From NCBI GenBank assembly GCA_027324805.1, contig DAHVRZ010000005.1, positions 1 to 50,077 on the forward strand: DNA of 50,077 nucleotides, in the 5' to 3' direction. This DNA comes from Candidatus Parcubacteria bacterium (GTDB taxonomy: Bacteria; Patescibacteriota; Minisyncoccia; UBA6257; 2-01-FULL-56-20). Both the position numbers and the translations under genes were made by a program. This document shows positions 10,601 to 18,927 of this stretch, one piece after another. Below the pieces are notes generated by a model. It had not been told where the DNA came from. It made no database searches and saw nothing but the letters and a program-made list of their open reading frames with translations. The stretch's first letter is position 1; every line of letters begins with the position of its first letter.

Positions 10601-11927
10601 CACTTCTACGCCGACCATTCCGGCAGGCGTCTATTCGACCCCTGGTTTCGGTTCGATCGCCTCGGGCACTCCGTTCTCCGCCTCGCTCTTGTCCCTGACG
10701 ACGAACGCCGTCGTTCATGGGCAGGGCACCGGAACCATGCCCGCGATCCGGCCCGATACGACCTACTACTATGTGGCGTGGTCATACGTCAACGGTGCGT
10801 GGCATGCGGGTGCGATGCAGTCCTTCACAACGGCATCGAACTATGTGACGACCGATGCGGCGACGAACGTCGCCCAGTACGGTGCGACGGTGAACGGAAC
10901 GAACGGGTCGTTCAATGCACAAGACACTTCATTCTGGTGGGGAACGACTCCCGCGGGTCCGTTCACGGCCGGAGGTAACGTCACGGAATTTCCGGCGACC
11001 GGCTGGCAGCACGACGCCGGTCTTGGATCGGCTTTGATTGGCGGCCCGTTCCATGAGGGTCTCACGGAACTTGCTCCGAGCACGACGTATTACTATGTCG
11101 CGTGGTCCGATGTGGGCGATATATGGTATCCGGGCGATGTCATGACCTTTACGACACCCGCTCTCGGCGGTGATGCCACATTGAGCGCTCTCGGCGTCTC
11201 CGACGGGATCCTTTCACCCTCGTTCACTCCCGGCACCACGGAATATAGCGACGTCTTGCCGTACAACGTGACCGTGGTGCCGACGGTGACCGCGACGTCG
11301 ACCGATCCGAACGCGACGACGGTCATCACGCAGGCGACCAGCACGACGGGAACGGCAACGGTCAAAGTGACGGCGCAGGACGGCGTGACCACGCAGGACT
11401 ACACCGTTGACTTCTCGCTTGCGGCGCCGACCTCGAGCATGCTGACGGTCAAAGTATTGGTGAATAATTTCCTGGGAGGCAGCGCAACCCCATCTGATTT
11501 CACGGTGAACGTGATAGGGAACGCCACCGAGGGGAGTTCGACGACCTTCCCCGGCAATGCGGGGGGAACGATGGTCACGCTTGTTCCTAACACCACTTAC
11601 TCCGCGAGCATCATCAAGTCGAATGCCATCCAATACGCCAACTATATTCAAGGCTTAAGCGGTGGTTGCCAGGATTCGAGTGGCCTCCCCAGCGGCAGCT
11701 TGGCGACCTGTACGTTTACGGAAACATACATTCCCTTTTCCCCCACCTTCAGCGTTACAGTCGGTGGCGGTCCCAACGCGTACGGCAGCAACGTTCGGGG
11801 CGCGGTTCTCGGTGAGAATGTCAGCGGCAATGCGGCGCTTGAAGCACAGATCCAGGCGCTCCAGCAGCAACTGGCGGCACTTCTCCAGCAGTATCTTGCC
11901 CTCCTCCAGTCGGAATTGCATCGCTAA
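7692..11927 (+). CDS. Large secreted/surface protein: pectin-lyase-like parallel beta-helix, FnIII/Ig-like domains, cadherin-like domain, C-terminal coiled coil
   Basis: Signal peptide MKKITLAG...AHA; beta-helix cap TIQAAVNAASAGDTIAVASGTYNE; ATGNWWG; FnIII-type WYWQVRAKDAAGNTSAWS; two YVTTDAAT...YYYVAWS...FTT repeats; LSPSFTPGTTEY. Confidence 0.85.
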   Translation: MKKITLAGLIFAFSLLGINTMAHAIIAPAPCSTAGTPFVTLTQHITNDPDSGTSGNWATDAFTEHVAVWLGSDNATYCATASTTDGTFVTSGGISPEKGTYLAPGITGTFTGGESYIIPSTAALSDLYSTSTPTSTVLPDSNTAGFSWWVNNVFPSISTSSGSSLTNAYSLTYVTDHYGTWTDANTGDVGDLGPAVNMTTHTGYGTIQAAVNAASAGDTIAVASGTYNETVSITKPLTLEGAQAGVQGANASSTPRNGDESTVMAMNISSGNVTVNGFSFANPGNQMNIGSSTILSGVVIENNIFSGYSSVGMPTNLAGNLVIKGNLFENPKASSEPMQIKSDETAGGCSGTAVENNTFINAANNGGADINFSCTGSASSNVTVSGNTDTGNTGETSFVALAGIEGGLTISDNTATGISGSALFFWGGMNGSASITGNAITNGGGSVVSIHHDLDGVNMGTFTIASNTFSGNVRGIYIASGAVASGAQIIAQGNNLSGNSTAGIDNEATVSTSTAVIATGNWWGSMSGPLDAVSGDGSIPDTNASGTGSAAVGAVKYSGWCVNSACATPTLTITAPAANGNYATGTYDFTASYMNGVTTNLAWAIRADTGCSTGTVAGNVDGFNNSSTFSGSAFSASLDTTKWANGEYCFVVNDMNGLRITRLFNVSNGGPSVPTLKSPVNGDIEATNKFYFAWNPSVESPSSTITYEFHSSMNPTETNGVLTTGLWDSGTLTTTTIYSSGAPDGTWYWQVRAKDAAGNTSAWSNIWSMTINTAPIPSLATCSVGTTPIFVETTIVNSASSTPTVGANDLVAGQTYLLVASGTWKNASLNVDDPAYASVDNWATYMHGYNIAPYYEGTNDLTLQVDNAFVNWGAYQPTHEYSYLYTGTGNPVSFRVFDGDANASSATPNPSWYGDNAGNLQVSVYACHAPTYVTTDAATGVTASDATLNGTNGDYSADYHSFWVSTSTFSTSTPTIPAGVYSTPGFGSIASGTPFSASLLSLTTNAVVHGQGTGTMPAIRPDTTYYYVAWSYVNGAWHAGAMQSFTTASNYVTTDAATNVAQYGATVNGTNGSFNAQDTSFWWGTTPAGPFTAGGNVTEFPATGWQHDAGLGSALIGGPFHEGLTELAPSTTYYYVAWSDVGDIWYPGDVMTFTTPALGGDATLSALGVSDGILSPSFTPGTTEYSDVLPYNVTVVPTVTATSTDPNATTVITQATSTTGTATVKVTAQDGVTTQDYTVDFSLAAPTSSMLTVKVLVNNFLGGSATPSDFTVNVIGNATEGSSTTFPGNAGGTMVTLVPNTTYSASIIKSNAIQYANYIQGLSGGCQDSSGLPSGSLATCTFTETYIPFSPTFSVTVGGGPNAYGSNVRGAVLGENVSGNAALEAQIQALQQQLAALLQQYLALLQSELHR

Positions 11928-11946
11928 AGAGGATTATTCCACGGAG

Positions 11947-11979
11947 AAAGGCGCATCCAATGAACGGATGCGCCTTTTT
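11947..11979 (+). terminator. Intrinsic terminator (probably bidirectional)
   Basis: aaaggcgcatcc-aatgaac-ggatgcgccttttt between convergent genes. Confidence 0.85.
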
Positions 11980-12037
11980 CATCAAAAAATACGATGATCC
12001 TTTACTGAATATCTGTCGGGCCGGACCGTCCGCGCCG

Positions 12038-12499
12038 CTATTCAGGCCTCTTTTTGCGGAAGGAGACGTGAACGATATTGTCGAAGCCGAGATAAGTCCC
12101 TGCATTCGCGAGGAATAAAACAACAAGGCAAAGAATGAGGATCACTTCGCCGTTTATGAATTGCATCAGGTTGAGCGCCGTGTAGCTCACGCTCGGAAGA
12201 AAGCTGAGGAGCGTGATGCCGATGCCGATGGCTGACACGAGCCGCACCGCGAGCCCGAGGATGAGGCATGCACCGATCACAAGAAACGCCCATTGGGCAA
12301 AGGGTTGGACCCATCCGCCTGCGGCGGGTGCCGAAAGCCATGCATAAAGATTATTGAATGATTGCGCGCGCACGCCTTTGCCGAGTGCCGGGTTGAACAG
12401 TACCGCAAACCCGAAATAGAAAAAATTGAGTCCGATCGCGAGCCGGAGGAGGAAGATCGCGCTGCGCAGGGGATGGGAAATCTTCGAAGGGTTGGCCAT
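12038..12499 (-). CDS. DoxX family membrane protein
   Basis: Motifs LLRLAIG..F...G, LVIGACLILGL..R and AG.YLGFD; four hydrophobic segments. Confidence 0.75.
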   Translation of the reverse strand: MANPSKISHPLRSAIFLLRLAIGLNFFYFGFAVLFNPALGKGVRAQSFNNLYAWLSAPAAGGWVQPFAQWAFLVIGACLILGLAVRLVSAIGIGITLLSFLPSVSYTALNLMQFINGEVILILCLVVLFLANAGTYLGFDNIVHVSFRKKRPE

Positions 12500-12521
12500 G
12501 GCTATCTGCTATAATTGAGGG

Positions 12522-13091
12522 ATGATGGAGGATCGCCAGGTGCATCGGCTCGGCCACCGCGCGTTCATGCTGTTCCTTTCGCGGCGGTGCAAGTTTGCCG
12601 TATTTCTCTTCCTGCTTACCGGGGCTGTTTGGTTCGGAACGATGCAATGGCTTCCGCAAGCGTATGCCTATTGGGGAAGTTATGCGACGGAACTGATCCT
12701 CCTTATAAGTATAGCGTATCTCCTTATGGTTCTGCTACGGACCTATATTGAATATCGCGCTTATACATATATGTTCACGCGGGACGCGTTCGTCGTGACG
12801 AAAGGGTATATGACGCGAACCGAGGCAGCGACGCTTTATCACCAGATCCAGAACGTGAACATCGAGCGGAGCATGGGGGACCGTATGACGGGCGTATCGA
12901 GCATCGTTATTTTTCTTGCGGGCGGCCAGCACGATTCCCCGCACAACCGGATCGTGCTTCCCGCGGTGGCGGCAAGAAAGGCGCGGACGGTGCAAAAGGA
13001 ACTTCTTGTCCGTGCGCGGAAACATGCGTCCGCCGGCGGTGGGATCGGAGATACCGCCGGAGACCGATCTCCACGAAGCACTGTTCGATAG
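12522..13091 (+). CDS. Membrane protein with bacterial PH domain (bPH_2/YdbS-like)
   Basis: Two TM helices, then Y..Y.Y.FT.D...V.KG...R......Y.QIQNVNIERS..DR..GV..I.I. Confidence 0.8.
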   Translation: MMEDRQVHRLGHRAFMLFLSRRCKFAVFLFLLTGAVWFGTMQWLPQAYAYWGSYATELILLISIAYLLMVLLRTYIEYRAYTYMFTRDAFVVTKGYMTRTEAATLYHQIQNVNIERSMGDRMTGVSSIVIFLAGGQHDSPHNRIVLPAVAARKARTVQKELLVRARKHASAGGGIGDTAGDRSPRSTVR

Positions 13092-13139
13092 ACGAGAGGG
13101 ACTGGAGGATTTTTATAATAGGTTCTATACTTTGAAATA

Positions 13140-13700
13140 ATGAGCACCACTACTATTGCTTTGCTTCTCCAGATGGCCGCCTCGCTCCTTGCGGGAGCGC
13201 AGAATAACCCTTCGCTTACTCCGTCAACGACGGCACGGATCGCCGCAATAGGTGAACATACGATCCAACTTGCGGCACAGGCCGAGGCGAATATCGGTTT
13301 TACAGTACCGCAGAATACGAGCATCTGGCCCACCATCGACGACCTTATGCATGCTGCATATCTGAACGCCGGTGGAGCTTATGTGCCGGAGGGTCCTTCC
13401 GCCGCACTTGAGCAATCCACCGTTTCCTTTGGCGACCTCAATAACGACGGCCTTGACGACGCTGCGGGAGTTGTGGACCTTAAGAACGCCAGCGGTGCGC
13501 CGGAACCGTATCTTGCCGTGTTCCTCAACCAGGGCGGCGTCATGTTCAATATCGCCGATCTTCCGCTTGCCGCGTCCACGACCCTCTATTCGCACGAGAT
13601 CATGAATGGTGTCCTTGTGATGGATATGCAGGTCGCCGGCGGCATGCGCGCAACATCCACCTATGAGCTTGTCGGAAACCGCATCGTGAAGATTGACTAA
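13140..13700 (+). CDS. Hypothetical exported protein with a DxNxDG (FG-GAP-like) motif
   Basis: Hydrophobic N-terminus; FGDLNNDGLDDAA motif; TATACT 8 nt upstream of the ATG. Confidence 0.6.
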   Translation: MSTTTIALLLQMAASLLAGAQNNPSLTPSTTARIAAIGEHTIQLAAQAEANIGFTVPQNTSIWPTIDDLMHAAYLNAGGAYVPEGPSAALEQSTVSFGDLNNDGLDDAAGVVDLKNASGAPEPYLAVFLNQGGVMFNIADLPLAASTTLYSHEIMNGVLVMDMQVAGGMRATSTYELVGNRIVKID

Positions 13701-13739
13701 GGCTGCGATCGGGCTGTCCCGGGCGCGATATCCAACCCT

Positions 13740-15098
13740 TTAATTCGGGAAATTGAATCGGATCAGCCGTTCGCCTTGGTCTATGAGATACAGGGCATTT
13801 TCCTGCATATCGTATGTAGGCGCGGTGTCCGTTGCCATCCCCGAGATGTTCGTGAAGTTGCGCACCGAAAGATCGGCGAGATCGAGGAAGTTCACATGCG
13901 TGGGATATGTCACAAAAAGGTGGGTTTCGTCGCGGTACCATGTGAGCGACTTTATCGATCGGATATCGGGAAGATTAAAACGGTAATATCCGCCCTGGTT
14001 TGCGGGGAGCGTGAGCGAAAACACTTCAATACTGTTGCTTTCGAGCGTGGCGATGGTCGAGCCGTCCGAGGTGGGATAGAACGACCTTACGTCATCCGCC
14101 ATTTTGGTCAGTGTTTCGGAGGGGATATCGTAGCGGTAAAATTCGCCGTCCGTACCGAGCACTCCGAGAAGCGTGCTTCGGATCCATTGGAGTGAAGCGA
14201 TGCGGCCGGGAAGGGTGAGCGACGAATCGATCGTGTCTCCCGAGAACGGATCATAAACGACGATCTGCGAGGTGCCCGAAGCGTTGCGATAATCGGCCCA
14301 TGCGAGCCATGACGACGACATCGCGAGCGGACGTTCGAGCGTCCGGCCGGGCCCGGCTGCGGCAAAGGAATTGATCGTGCCGCCCGGTGCCCCCGTGGCG
14401 AGGTCGATCGCATAGAAACGCGACGGTGTTTCCACGAATATATTTGCGCTATCGTTGGGATTCACCGTGATGGCGGTCACCGAGCTTTGCGGTATGGATT
14501 CTTTCCGCAAGAGTGCCGTGATACTCGTGCTTGTGCCGTTCACGAGATTGTATGCGGAATATATCCCCGATGCGGATCTCGTGACAATGGTCGTAAAATC
14601 GTTGCCGTAGCTCGCGATCATTCCGTGCGTTATCGTGCTTGTTCCCATTGCGATCACCCCCGCTGCATTTTCGGTGGCGACGTTTCCTCCCGCTTCGAAG
14701 AAATCGGTGATATTCGCCGCGGGAGATGCGCTTGATGCGTTCGTCGGGACGAGCACCGCGTACTTCATCTCGGTGACGAGCGTCGGCGCAACCATCGCGT
14801 TCTCGGTCCAACTGTCATATCCCGGCGCTGCGAGGGAAAGGATATAATTTTTGGGAAAAAGATTTGAAATGAGCGTACCACGACTCAGAAACCCATTTGT
14901 ATTCTGTACCGATTTCCCACTCAGGGTAATTTGGGCATTTGCGGGAAACGATTCCAGAAAAATAGCCCCGACTTTTTCAGTCTTGAATGTGGCGAGATCG
15001 ATCCGCCATCCTTGTGCATAGAGCGTTATGGCGGTTCCCAGAACCAAAAAAAGGGCGAAAAGCCCATAAAAAAGCATCCTGCGTGCTCGAAGTGTCAT
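13740..15098 (-). CDS. Membrane-anchored PEGA-like/beta-propeller protein
   Basis: N-terminal TM followed by YAQGWRID...GAIFLESFP..A.I.L.G...NLFPK.Y.L....GY..W (PEGA-like) and a beta-rich C-terminus. Confidence 0.7.
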   Translation of the reverse strand: MTLRARRMLFYGLFALFLVLGTAITLYAQGWRIDLATFKTEKVGAIFLESFPANAQITLSGKSVQNTNGFLSRGTLISNLFPKNYILSLAAPGYDSWTENAMVAPTLVTEMKYAVLVPTNASSASPAANITDFFEAGGNVATENAAGVIAMGTSTITHGMIASYGNDFTTIVTRSASGIYSAYNLVNGTSTSITALLRKESIPQSSVTAITVNPNDSANIFVETPSRFYAIDLATGAPGGTINSFAAAGPGRTLERPLAMSSSWLAWADYRNASGTSQIVVYDPFSGDTIDSSLTLPGRIASLQWIRSTLLGVLGTDGEFYRYDIPSETLTKMADDVRSFYPTSDGSTIATLESNSIEVFSLTLPANQGGYYRFNLPDIRSIKSLTWYRDETHLFVTYPTHVNFLDLADLSVRNFTNISGMATDTAPTYDMQENALYLIDQGERLIRFNFPN

Positions 15099-15163
15099 GC
15101 AAGGTCATTGTAGGACGGCGGGGAATTGTAGTAAAGCGTCGCAGGGGATTGTATACTTAAAGG

Positions 15164-15285
15164 AGGTCCAGCCTTAGATCTCGGATCAAACATTACTAAC
15201 AGGGAGGGCTACAGCACTGCAGTCCGTGGACCGCAGTTGGATGGCCCACCCACCTGGCTTTACGCCAGAGATCTTCGGTTGGATC
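15164..15285 (+). ncRNA. ssrS: 6S RNA (short form)
   Basis: Rod-like fold. Closing stem GGTCCAGCC..AGATCTC / GAGATCT..GGTTGGATC; unpaired AAACATTACTAACA; inner stem GGGAGGGC...GCCCACCC; then ACCTGGC-ttac-GCCAG-type hairpin. The AACATT..GGGAG...CACCCACCTG layout resembles Firmicutes-type 6S RNA. TATACT lies upstream (15152-15157) and a terminator downstream. Confidence 0.75.
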
Positions 15286-15286
15286 G

Positions 15287-15321
15287 ATGAAAAGCACCCC
15301 TTTCGGGGTGCTTTTCATTTC
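15287..15321 (+). terminator. Intrinsic terminator of the 6S-like RNA
   Basis: atgaaaagcacccc-tttc-ggggtgcttttcat followed by tt. Confidence 0.85.
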
Positions 15322-15342
15322 TATTCCATCCAATGGAATGTC

Positions 15343-15372
15343 TTGACCTGCGGAAGCATTTCGATATATAAT
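15343..15372 (+). promoter_or_regulatory. rpsP promoter (leaderless-type)
   Basis: TTGACC, 18-bp spacer, TATAAT; ATG 7 nt downstream. Confidence 0.7.
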
Positions 15373-15379
15373 GTCTTTC

Positions 15380-15721
15380 ATGTTGGCGATCAAATTACAG
15401 CGCATAGGAAAGAAGCATCAGCCGAGCTACCGGGTGGTCGTTGCGGAAAGCCGCTCGAAAATGGCGGCCCCTCCGGTGGAGGACCTCGGTTCTTACAATC
15501 CGTCCACGAAGACGGCGATCCTCAAGAAGGATCGTTTGGAATATTGGGTGAAGACGGGGGCAAAGCCTACCGTTACCGCGCACAACCTGCTTGTTAAGGA
15601 GGGTGTCATTTCGTCGGCCAAGAAGGCGGTGAAGATGCCGAAACCCGTAGCGAAGGAATCCGAAAAGAAGGAAGAGGCCGCGCCTGCGGCTGCCGCCGAA
15701 GCTCCCGCAGCCGAGGCATAG
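15380..15721 (+). CDS. rpsP: 30S ribosomal protein S16
   Basis: MLAIKLQRIGKKHQPSYRVVVAESR...EDLGSYNP...W...GAKPT. Confidence 0.97.
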   Translation: MLAIKLQRIGKKHQPSYRVVVAESRSKMAAPPVEDLGSYNPSTKTAILKKDRLEYWVKTGAKPTVTAHNLLVKEGVISSAKKAVKMPKPVAKESEKKEEAAPAAAAEAPAAEA

Positions 15722-15823
15722 TTTGACGTTTACCCGGTTCAGATTCAAAATTTATCCGTAATCGAAAGGAACGCACCGAAAGGTCGAACCGTATCATTCC
15801 CGTATCCGCAATACCGAACCGCA

Positions 15824-16132
15824 ATGACGAATGCAATTCCAGCAGACCAGGAATTTTTGGAATATCTCGTAAAGTCCCTCGTGGACCATCCGGATGACGT
15901 GAAGGTGGAGCGCAAAGTGGACGAAATGGGCGTGTTGCTCACCCTCCGCGTGAATCCGGTGGATATGGGCCAGGTGGTCGGCCGACAAGGCGCCACCGCG
16001 AAGTCCATCCGCTCGCTTCTTAAAATCGTCGGCGTCAAGAACAATGCCCGCGTGAATCTCAAGATCGAAGAGCCGGAAGGCGGCATGCGCCAACCCCGCA
16101 CCGACGGTCCCGACAAGCCGCAGGATTATTAG
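15824..16132 (+). CDS. khpA: KH-domain RNA-binding protein KhpA/YlqC
   Basis: LVDHPDDVKV...DMGQVVGRQGATAKSIR; usual position downstream of rpsP. Confidence 0.92.
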   Translation: MTNAIPADQEFLEYLVKSLVDHPDDVKVERKVDEMGVLLTLRVNPVDMGQVVGRQGATAKSIRSLLKIVGVKNNARVNLKIEEPEGGMRQPRTDGPDKPQDY

Positions 16133-16217
16133 AAATCGACAGATGTTCATAACTGGCCCGAAAGGGCCTTTTATGGTGCTTGCAAAGTAACTTATTTTTG
16201 TTATCATAACTAACGCT

Positions 16218-16781
16218 ATGGCACTTGCTTATACCGATCTTACCAAGGGAGTCCTTTTTATCATGGACGGTTCGCCGTACGAGGTTGTGGACATGCATTT
16301 TCTCCGCATGCAGCAGCGGAAGGCGGTCGTACAGACCAGGATCCGTAACCTTATAACAGGCAAGCTTTTGGATCGCAATTTCCAGGCGAGCGATTCGTTC
16401 GAGGAGGCGGAAGTCGAGCGGAAGATCGCGAATTTCATTTACGAGAGCCGCGGCGAATATTGGTTCCATGAGGACGGCAACCCAAAGGCCCGTTTTGCGC
16501 TGGACGGGGACGTCATGGGCGAACAGGGGCGCTTCCTCAAGCCGAACACGAAAGTGACCACCATGAATTTCCAGGGCAAGGTCATCAAGGCGGAGATTCC
16601 GGTGAAGATGGAATTCAAAGTGACCGAAGCGCCTCCGGCCATCAAGGGCAATACCGCGCAGGGCGGCAACAAGCAGGTGACGATCGAAGGCGGCGCCAAG
16701 GTCAATGTCCCGCTTTTTGTGAACGAAGGCGATACCATCCGCATCAATACGCAGACGGGGGAATACGTAGAACGCGTATAA
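16218..16781 (+). CDS. efp: Elongation factor P
   Basis: C-terminal PPAIKGNTAQGG.K...VPLFVNEGDTIRINTQTGEYVER. The tip loop reads RMQQRKA rather than KPGKG. Confidence 0.96.
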   Translation: MALAYTDLTKGVLFIMDGSPYEVVDMHFLRMQQRKAVVQTRIRNLITGKLLDRNFQASDSFEEAEVERKIANFIYESRGEYWFHEDGNPKARFALDGDVMGEQGRFLKPNTKVTTMNFQGKVIKAEIPVKMEFKVTEAPPAIKGNTAQGGNKQVTIEGGAKVNVPLFVNEGDTIRINTQTGEYVERV

Positions 16782-16801
16782 TGCTTTTGTTTACCGCTTG
16801 A

Positions 16802-16833
16802 ACGGGCTGCCGCTTCGGGCGGTGCCCGTTTTT
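16802..16833 (+). terminator. Intrinsic terminator after efp
   Basis: acgggc-tgcc..ggcggt-gcccgt followed by a T run. Confidence 0.7.
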
Positions 16834-16851
16834 GTTATCATTCAATAAAAG

Positions 16852-17958
16852 ATGGATTTTTCTGGGAAAACGGTTTTTGTCGGCATGTCCGGCGGCGTGG
16901 ACAGCTCCGTTGCGGCGCTTTTGCTCAAGCGGCATGGCTATCGCGCGGTCGGCATCTTTATGCGCTCCTATAACGTGGACGGTTGCGCCGAACGGGATGC
17001 CGAAGACGCCCGCCGCACAGCGGAGCATATCGGCATACCGTTCTACGTTTGGGATTTCGAGAAGGAATATAAACAGCGCGTGGTGCAGTATATGATCGAC
17101 GGATACCGCGACGGAATCACGCCGAACCCGGATGTGATGTGCAATCGCGAGATCAAGTTCGGTCTGTTCCTTGAGAAGGCGCTCGCCATGGGCGCAGATT
17201 TTGTGGCGACGGGCCATTATGTGAAAATAAAAAAAACCGGCACCGGTACAAAGGCCCGCTCCGCGCTTTTTGCGGCGAACGATCCAAACAAAGACCAGTC
17301 GTATTTCCTTTGGACGCTCACACAGAAACAGCTCGCGCATTGCCTGTTCCCGATCGGCGGATATGAGAAACCCGTGGTTCGAGAGATTGCGCGGAAGGCC
17401 GGTTTGCCGACCGCAGAGAAGAAGGATTCCCAGGGCATTTGCTTCCTTGGTCAAGTTTCCATTGAGGATTTCTTAAAGGAATATATTCCCGAACGGCGCG
17501 GTGCGGTCATCACGACCGGCGGGGTCAAAGTGGGCGAGCATCGCGGCGCGCAGTTCTATACCATCGGCCAGCGGCATATCGATGCCGATTTCACGTTTCC
17601 GAAGACGGGTCCTAAAAGCGTCGGGGGAATGCCGTTCGCGCGCAAGCCGTTCTATGTGGCTGCGAAAGACGCAGTGACGAACACGGTGACCGTTGCCGAA
17701 GGCGCCGACGATCCGGCACTCTACCGCGGCGCGGTGCGGCTCGTGCAAATGAATTTCATAAGCGGCACGGAGTACGAAGGGGCGGTCATGGCGCGCGTCC
17801 GGTACCGCCAACCGCTTTTCAAAGCCGTCCTTGCAAAAAGCGACGATGGCTCGTTCGCGCTTTCGTTCGCCGCACCCCAGAAGTTCGTTGCGGAGGGCCA
17901 ATCGGCGGTGTTCTATTCGCCGGATGGCGAGATGCTTGGCGGCGGCGTGATCGTATGA
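16852..17958 (+). CDS. mnmA: tRNA 2-thiouridine(34) synthase MnmA
   Basis: SGGVDS, TPNPDVMCNREIKF, ATGHY, KDQSYFL, DSQGICF, GQSAVFY. Confidence 0.97.
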   Translation: MDFSGKTVFVGMSGGVDSSVAALLLKRHGYRAVGIFMRSYNVDGCAERDAEDARRTAEHIGIPFYVWDFEKEYKQRVVQYMIDGYRDGITPNPDVMCNREIKFGLFLEKALAMGADFVATGHYVKIKKTGTGTKARSALFAANDPNKDQSYFLWTLTQKQLAHCLFPIGGYEKPVVREIARKAGLPTAEKKDSQGICFLGQVSIEDFLKEYIPERRGAVITTGGVKVGEHRGAQFYTIGQRHIDADFTFPKTGPKSVGGMPFARKPFYVAAKDAVTNTVTVAEGADDPALYRGAVRLVQMNFISGTEYEGAVMARVRYRQPLFKAVLAKSDDGSFALSFAAPQKFVAEGQSAVFYSPDGEMLGGGVIV

Positions 17959-17978
17959 GATGTGGTATGCTATGGCAT

Positions 17979-18605
17979 ATGAAGAAGGATGAGCTCCAGG
18001 CCATAGCACACTTCATTTACGAGGCGGGGATTCTCAGCAAGACCCCGCGGTCCGGACTGTGGTTCCTCGGCACGGGCGATCAGTCCGTGGCGGAGCATCT
18101 CCTTCGCACTACGTACATCGCATATGCATTGTGCCATCTTGCACCAAAGGCGGACCGCTCGAAAGTCATCCTTATGAGCATCTTTCATGATTTTGCCGAA
18201 GGGCGGACGTCGGATTTGAACTACGTCCACCAGCGCTATGGTCGCCTTGCCGAATCAGAGGCGTTCAAAGATATTGCAAACGTGGTCCCGTTCGGAGGGG
18301 AAATGGCCGCCTTCTATGCCGAGGAACAGGCCAAGCAGACGTTCGAAGCAAGGCTCGTGAAGGACGCCGACCAGATCGAATGGCTGGCCACTCTACGTGA
18401 AGAGGAATTGAAGGGGAATGCAAAAGCCAAAGCGTGGCAGAAGAGCGCCTACAAGCGCCTCAAGACGCCGCAGGGGAAGGCGGTCGGCAAGTATCTGCTC
18501 TCCACCCATTCCGATGCGTGGTGGTTCGATTCGAACGATAAATGGTTCGTGTCCCGCGATCCGAAGTTCATCAAGAGGAAAACCGCACGCGCAAAAAAGA
18601 AATGA
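17979..18605 (+). CDS. HD-domain phosphohydrolase (YfbR/HDDC2-like)
   Basis: PRSG...SVAEH...HDFAEGRTSD...EARLVKDADQ. Start chosen 7 nt after TGgTATGCT. Confidence 0.85.
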   Translation: MKKDELQAIAHFIYEAGILSKTPRSGLWFLGTGDQSVAEHLLRTTYIAYALCHLAPKADRSKVILMSIFHDFAEGRTSDLNYVHQRYGRLAESEAFKDIANVVPFGGEMAAFYAEEQAKQTFEARLVKDADQIEWLATLREEELKGNAKAKAWQKSAYKRLKTPQGKAVGKYLLSTHSDAWWFDSNDKWFVSRDPKFIKRKTARAKKK

Positions 18606-18886
18606 TCCTTCAATGGCTCGCGACGGCCACGGGCATCTTGATGTCGCTTGGATATTATCCGCAAGCGTGGAAGATTTTCCGCCAGAAATCGGCGCGCGAT
18701 ATTTCGATCCCCACGTTCGCCATATTTTCGTTCGGAACATTGTCGTGGCTGTGCTATGGATTGTATGAGCACGATTGGACGATCATCCTCGGCTTCGTCC
18801 TCGGCGTGATCGGCTCATGGACGGTGCTGGCCCTTACGCTTTGGTATCGCCGCGATCGCGGCGGGTCCCCGGAGGCGCTTCCGTAA
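18602..18886 (+). CDS. SemiSWEET (PQ-loop) transporter
   Basis: YPQAWKIFRQKSARDIS...WLCYGL; three TM helices; overlaps the upstream stop (ATGA). Confidence 0.88.
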   Translation: MILQWLATATGILMSLGYYPQAWKIFRQKSARDISIPTFAIFSFGTLSWLCYGLYEHDWTIILGFVLGVIGSWTVLALTLWYRRDRGGSPEALP

Positions 18887-18927
18887 GCGCTTTTTTTTCG
18901 CATAAAACTGTGCTATTATGGCGCTAT

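Noticed and set aside
10482-10866. Repeated ctatgtgacgaccgatgcggcgacg about 357 bp apart
   Set aside because: Explained by two paralogous protein domains in one CDS. No reverse transcriptase lies in the window, so no DGR template/variable pair can be supported.
15722-15823. rpsP-khpA spacer with several ACCG motifs
   Set aside because: No convincing stem or recognisable leader motif.
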